Below the pieces are notes generated by a model that worked only from the letters and a program-made list of their open reading frames with translations, was not told the origin of the DNA and ran no database searches. The position numbers and the translations under genes are program-made. A stretch of 64,000 nucleotides of DNA from an uncultured Bacteroidales bacterium (GTDB lineage: Bacteria > Bacteroidota > Bacteroidia > Bacteroidales > UBA7960): NCBI GenBank assembly GCA_964463915.1, contig CAYXEH010000002.1, forward strand, positions 22,038-86,037, given 5' to 3'. Positions 59,710 through 64,000 of this stretch are shown here, piece by piece (within the stretch, counting starts at the first letter, position 1; every line of letters begins with the position of its first letter).

Positions 59710-59765
59710 TTCTGGCCAACTCACTCTAAACTGATTTTCGTAATTTTGCCTTTTGTTTCATATAA

Positions 59766-60755
59766 ATGGATTCCACAACCAACCTTTCCATGGCCCCTTT
59801 CCGGGGCATTACCACCAGGGGGTTCCGCCATGCTTTCGCCAGACATATCGGAGGCTGTGATCAGCTTTTCGCTCCTTTTGTCAGCGGAACGGGCACAAAA
59901 AAAGTGCATCCTGAAAAGCTCAGTGACCTGCTCCCCCCGGATGAGCAAATACCCGTGGTCCCGCAGGTACTTAGTAACAATGCTGAGGAGATCATTTTAC
60001 TGGGCAATACCCTGTACGATCATGGTTTCACAAACCTGAACTGGAACCTGGGATGCCCTTTTTCACGCATCGCCCATAAAAAAAAGGGATCGGGCATTCT
60101 TCCCCACCCGGACTTACTTGACAGGCTGCTGGACAAAATTTTTTCTGAAATCCGCATTGGTTTTTCGGTAAAAACGCGGCTGGGTTATCATCACCCGGAA
60201 GAGATCGGACAGATATGGCCGGTACTCAACCGCTATCCCCTGCTGGAAGTGATCCTTCACCCCCGCACAGGCAAACAGCTTTACAGAGGCCAGGCGGACC
60301 CGCAAGCCTTTGCCCGGTGGCGGGAGGAATGCCGCCACCCCCTGGTCTACAACGGAGACATCGCCAACATCACTGTTTTTCGGAATTTTCATAAACTTTT
60401 CCCTGGTCAGACACGATGGATGCCCGGCCGGGGTATTTTGACCGACCCATTCCTTGCACTTTCTATTAAAAATGTCCTTCCGGAGGAGAAAATCCGACGA
60501 AAAAGCCTGGCAGATTTCCACCAGGCACTGCAGGAATCTGCTACATCCATTCCCGGTGAAGCCAAACAACTCGGATGGATGAAAGCCATCTGGCATTATC
60601 TCTCAGGATCTTTCGCAAACAGCGCAGAGGTGTCACGTCGCATTAAACGCAGCCGCAGCCTGAAAACATACCGGGCAGCTGTAGATTATGCCTTTCAGCA
60701 AAGATTTTCCGATGAGGAAGAAAAAGCATTGCATTTTCGGAGCCTTACACGTTAA
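59766..60755 (+). CDS. tRNA-dihydrouridine synthase (Dus) family protein
   Basis: TIM-barrel flavoenzyme pattern with NLNWNLGCPFSRIAHKKKGSGIL (Dus catalytic Cys context). Confidence 0.7.
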   Translation: MDSTTNLSMAPFRGITTRGFRHAFARHIGGCDQLFAPFVSGTGTKKVHPEKLSDLLPPDEQIPVVPQVLSNNAEEIILLGNTLYDHGFTNLNWNLGCPFSRIAHKKKGSGILPHPDLLDRLLDKIFSEIRIGFSVKTRLGYHHPEEIGQIWPVLNRYPLLEVILHPRTGKQLYRGQADPQAFARWREECRHPLVYNGDIANITVFRNFHKLFPGQTRWMPGRGILTDPFLALSIKNVLPEEKIRRKSLADFHQALQESATSIPGEAKQLGWMKAIWHYLSGSFANSAEVSRRIKRSRSLKTYRAAVDYAFQQRFSDEEEKALHFRSLTR

Positions 60756-60855
60756 AGGCTGCGGGACAAAAGTGATCCATACACTTGTACATGTAAGAAA
60801 AATCATGTTATTTTACACCTTCATCAATTGTTAACCAACAACCATTCCTTTTTCC

Positions 60856-62328
60856 ATGGGCAAATCCACCAGGCGACCCCGATTGATTGAAGCCTTCATT
60901 CCGATCATTTTTCTGACAGTGCTGATATCCATTAACGTGTTCATCTTCGGGGACGATGCCCTGGCAGGCTCCAACCAGATGGTACTTATTCTGTCAGCCG
61001 CCGTCGCCGCTATCGTGGCAATCCGCCTTGGGCATAAATGGTCGGATCTCCATACAGGAATCATCAAATCAATCGGTTCAGCCATGTCTGCCATTCTTAT
61101 CCTGTTGCTGATCGGTTCACTGGCGGGCGCCTGGCTACTGAGCGGCATTGTACCCGCCATGATCTATTACGGGCTGCAGATCCTCAATCCCACCATCTTT
61201 TTGGTAGCAGCCTGCATAGTAAGCGCCATCGTTTCACTGGCCACGGGAAGCAGCTGGAGTACAGTAGCTACACTGGGAGTTGCCCTGCTGGGTATTGGCA
61301 GAACCCTGGGCATCCCCGATGGGGTCATCGGCGGGGCCATCATTTCAGGAGCCTATTTCGGAGACAAGATGTCACCCCTGTCGGATACCACCAACCTTGC
61401 TCCCGCCATGGCCGGCACAGACCTGTTTACTCACATACGCTATTTGTTATGGACCACCTTGCCGACCATGGCAATCACCCTGATCATATTTCTCATAATG
61501 GGACTGACTCGCTCGAAGGACGGCATGATCCAGGACATTCAACCTGTTTTGGCTGCCATAGACGGTTCTTTTAACATCAACCCATGGCTGTTTGTGGTTC
61601 CCGCCCTTGTCATCACCATGATCGTTCGCAAAGTACCTGCATTGCCCTCTCTGCTTGCAGGTTCATTGGCCGGAATACTGTTTGCCCTTATTTTCCAGCC
61701 ACATATCATTTACGAAGTCAGCGGGATGGAAGAGAACTTTCTGCGGGCTGCATACATCGCCACCATGAAAGCCATGTATACCGATATCTCCGTTACCACA
61801 GATCACGCCATGGTGAACACCCTCCTGACAACCGGGGGCATGAGCGGCATGCTGAATACGGTATGGCTGATCATATGCGCCATGATATTCGGTGGGGTGA
61901 TGGAGTCAAGCGGCCTGCTGCGAAGGATCACCGAATCGATTATCAGGCTTGCACATAATACCGGTTCACTGGTGGCCTCCACAGCAGCCACCTGTTTTTT
62001 CTTCAATGTCACTGCAAGCGACCAGTATCTTTCCATCGTGGTACCCGGCAGAATGTTTGCTGACACTTTCCGAAAACGGGGACTTAAACCGCAAAACCTC
62101 AGCAGAACACTGGAAGACGGAGGAACAGTCACCTCCGTACTGGTACCCTGGAACACATGCGGAGCCACTCAGGCGACCGTTCTCGGGGTGTCCACACTCA
62201 CTTTTCTGCCTTACGCATTTTTTAATCTCATCAGCCCTTTTATGACCATATTGGTGGCCTATCTGAACATAGGCATCGCAAGGTTCAAAAAAGGAGAGAA
62301 TACCAAAAGGGAGGTGAAGACCGAATAG
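60856..62328 (+). CDS. nhaC: Na+/H+ antiporter NhaC family
   Basis: 490-aa polytopic protein. NhaC-like segments (GSLAGAWLLSGIVPAMIYYG, VLVPWNTCGA). Confidence 0.85.
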   Translation: MGKSTRRPRLIEAFIPIIFLTVLISINVFIFGDDALAGSNQMVLILSAAVAAIVAIRLGHKWSDLHTGIIKSIGSAMSAILILLLIGSLAGAWLLSGIVPAMIYYGLQILNPTIFLVAACIVSAIVSLATGSSWSTVATLGVALLGIGRTLGIPDGVIGGAIISGAYFGDKMSPLSDTTNLAPAMAGTDLFTHIRYLLWTTLPTMAITLIIFLIMGLTRSKDGMIQDIQPVLAAIDGSFNINPWLFVVPALVITMIVRKVPALPSLLAGSLAGILFALIFQPHIIYEVSGMEENFLRAAYIATMKAMYTDISVTTDHAMVNTLLTTGGMSGMLNTVWLIICAMIFGGVMESSGLLRRITESIIRLAHNTGSLVASTAATCFFFNVTASDQYLSIVVPGRMFADTFRKRGLKPQNLSRTLEDGGTVTSVLVPWNTCGATQATVLGVSTLTFLPYAFFNLISPFMTILVAYLNIGIARFKKGENTKREVKTE

Positions 62329-62416
62329 CCTAAAACAGCTTACCGGTAATTATAATTCGAGCGATGGATTATTAGTTGATGGATACAAAGGGGCGGAAAA
62401 AGATACAAGCGGGCAT

Positions 62417-63562
62417 ATGAAAAAGGTTCATCTTTCGGTAACCAATGATGTGTTCACTGACCAGCGTGTGAACAAAATGGCACGTACCCTGCATCAAATG
62501 GGTTTTGCTGTGACCATTACCGGTGTAATACGGCCCGGCAGCCCCCGGTTCAACCCTGTCTGGGCAAAGATAAGACGCTTTCCCATGATGTTCCAAAAAG
62601 GATTTCTTTTTTACGCCGAATACAATGTACGACTATTCTTTTTGTTGTTGGTCAAACGCCATGACCTGCTCGTAAGCAACGACCTGGATACCCTGCTCCC
62701 CAACCACCTGGCGGCCATAATCAAACGAAAGCCCCTGGTATACGATACCCATGAGTACTTCACCGGCACCCCCGAGCTGGCAAACCGCCCTTTTGTACGG
62801 CGGATCTGGAAATTGCTTGAGAAATCTCTTTTCCCCCGTCAGAAGACCATCATCACAGTGAACCGCTCCATTGCACAGTTATATGAAAGGGAGTACGGCA
62901 AATCATTGTATGTGGTCAGAAACCTCCCCCTGTATAAAACAGCCGGTGAAAGGCCCCCACGAAAAGATATCGGGCTACCCGAACACAAAGACCTGATCCT
63001 GCTACAGGGAACCGGAATTAACATAGACAGGGGAGCGGAAGAACTGCTTATGGCCATGCACCCGACCCACGGTATTCACAATGCCATCCTGCTGATTATC
63101 GGAGGAGGCGATGTACTTCCCAAACTCAAAATGATCGCAGAAAAGGAACAATTAAACGAGAGGGTGTGGTTTTTTGACCGGATGCCTTATGAAGAACTTT
63201 TTAACTACACCAGGGTATGTGACATCGGGGTATCCATCGACAAAGACACCAACATCAATTACCGCTACAGCCTGCCAAACAAATTATTTGACTACATCAT
63301 GGCCGGAACCCCCCAGCTGGTCTCCGACCTGCCGGAACTCAGGAAGATTGTCAGAAAGCACCACACCGGTGTAATAATTCATTCACATGAACCCAGCCGC
63401 ATCGCGGCTGCCATCCGTTCCATGCTTTCAGATAAAGAAAAATTAAAAGAGATGGAAGCCTGTTGCCTGGAGGCAGCCAGGGAATTGTGCTGGGAAAAGG
63501 AAGAAAAGGTGGTGAGGGAAATATTTAAACCGTTTCAAACAACCTCCCACCTTCACACTTAA
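62417..63562 (+). CDS. glycosyltransferase family 4 (GT-B fold)
   Basis: C-terminal GT1/GT4 pattern LLIIGGGDVLPKLK...SLPNKLFDYIMAGTPQLVSD. Confidence 0.8.
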   Translation: MKKVHLSVTNDVFTDQRVNKMARTLHQMGFAVTITGVIRPGSPRFNPVWAKIRRFPMMFQKGFLFYAEYNVRLFFLLLVKRHDLLVSNDLDTLLPNHLAAIIKRKPLVYDTHEYFTGTPELANRPFVRRIWKLLEKSLFPRQKTIITVNRSIAQLYEREYGKSLYVVRNLPLYKTAGERPPRKDIGLPEHKDLILLQGTGINIDRGAEELLMAMHPTHGIHNAILLIIGGGDVLPKLKMIAEKEQLNERVWFFDRMPYEELFNYTRVCDIGVSIDKDTNINYRYSLPNKLFDYIMAGTPQLVSDLPELRKIVRKHHTGVIIHSHEPSRIAAAIRSMLSDKEKLKEMEACCLEAARELCWEKEEKVVREIFKPFQTTSHLHT

Positions 63563-64000
63563 ATATCCGGGCAGGGAATTTCCTGAAAAGGGTATAGTCA
63601 TGCGTGGCCATTAACACAGCCCTCCCCGTGGTACTGATCTCGAACATCAGCTCCATGATGCCTTCACTGGTTTCAGGATCCAGGTTCCCGGTAGGCTCAT
63701 CAGCCAGGATCACATCAGGGTCGTTGATCAATGCCCGGGCAATCACGACGCGCTGCTGTTCCCCACCAGAAAGCTGATGCGGCATCTTGAACCCCTTGGT
63801 TTGCAGCCCCACTTTCTCCAGGACATCCTCCATCCGCTCCTCCATGGCAATCTTGTCGCGCCATCCGGTGGCCTTCATCACAAAAAACAAATTGTCTTTC
63901 ACCGTGCGGTCGGTCAGCAACTGAAAATCCTGAAACACAATGCCGATCTTGCGGCGTAAAAAGGGGATCTCTTTGTCTTTGATGTTTCGCAACTCAACAC
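63525..64000 (-). CDS. ftsE: cell-division ABC ATPase FtsE, N-terminus outside window
   Basis: Signature LSGGEQQRV, Walker [13 protein letters not shown], FtsE-like tail. The Walker A region lies beyond the window end. The 3' end overlaps the GT4 gene by 38 nt. Confidence 0.8.
   Translation of the reverse strand, partial: VELRNIKDKEIPFLRRKIGIVFQDFQLLTDRTVKDNLFFVMKATGWRDKIAMEERMEDVLEKVGLQTKGFKMPHQLSGGEQQRVVIARALINDPDVILADEPTGNLDPETSEGIMELMFEISTTGRAVLMATHDYTLFRKFPARIFKCEGGRLFETV

Noticed and set aside
59510-59734. 74-aa ORF spanning the terminators and the 36-nt tandem repeat
   Set aside because: It runs through two terminator hairpins. Its repeated LDPDFRQ peptide is a by-product of the DNA duplication. 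It has no recognisable start context or homology.

Overview
This 64-kb chromosomal segment looks like a Bacteroidota genome. Evidence: TonB-dependent and CarboxypepD_reg-type outer-membrane proteins, an orphan FtsX-like permease, DUF5916/DUF4382-type lipoproteins, A-rich leaders without Shine-Dalgarno, and roughly 45-55% GC by eye. I call about 45 tightly packed protein genes. I recognised no rRNA, tRNA, CRISPR array, integrase or transposase.

Gene blocks, in order:
- A PrsW-like protease plus an acidic-repeat membrane protein.
- An atypical Nramp-like transporter, divergent from a TonB-receptor/binding-protein/permease/ATPase chelate-uptake operon.
- Ferredoxin and ldhA, with a lactate permease.
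- glgX-treY, with no treZ.
- An AOR-like oxidoreductase.
- A 9.8-kb minus-strand trehalose gene row: TreS::maltokinase, beta-PGM::T6P-phosphatase, GH65 phosphorylase, OtsA::OtsB.
- HMG-CoA reductase, an M14 peptidase and pfkA.
- An ECF sigma/anti-sigma cluster flanked by lipoproteins.
- nhaC, a GT4 glycosyltransferase and ftsE.

The best candidate for an undescribed system sits at the window centre (31306-33202). It is an isolated three-gene plus-strand operon behind a 364-bp non-coding region. It encodes two mutually related DUF2589-like proteins (183 and 234 aa) and a 190-aa helical protein. I recognise no enzymatic motif, signal peptide or TM segment in any of them, and the operon looks more AT-rich than its flanks.

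Other second-look items:
- A perfect 30-bp palindrome at the FtsX-permease start.
- An 18-unit 9-bp minisatellite with a collagen-like reading, between pfkA and marR.
- Two stacked terminators followed by a 2 x 36-nt tandem duplication.
- A DAEQLG-repeat protein.
- The fusion-rich trehalose cluster.

All functional calls come from motif recognition by eye. No database search was run.
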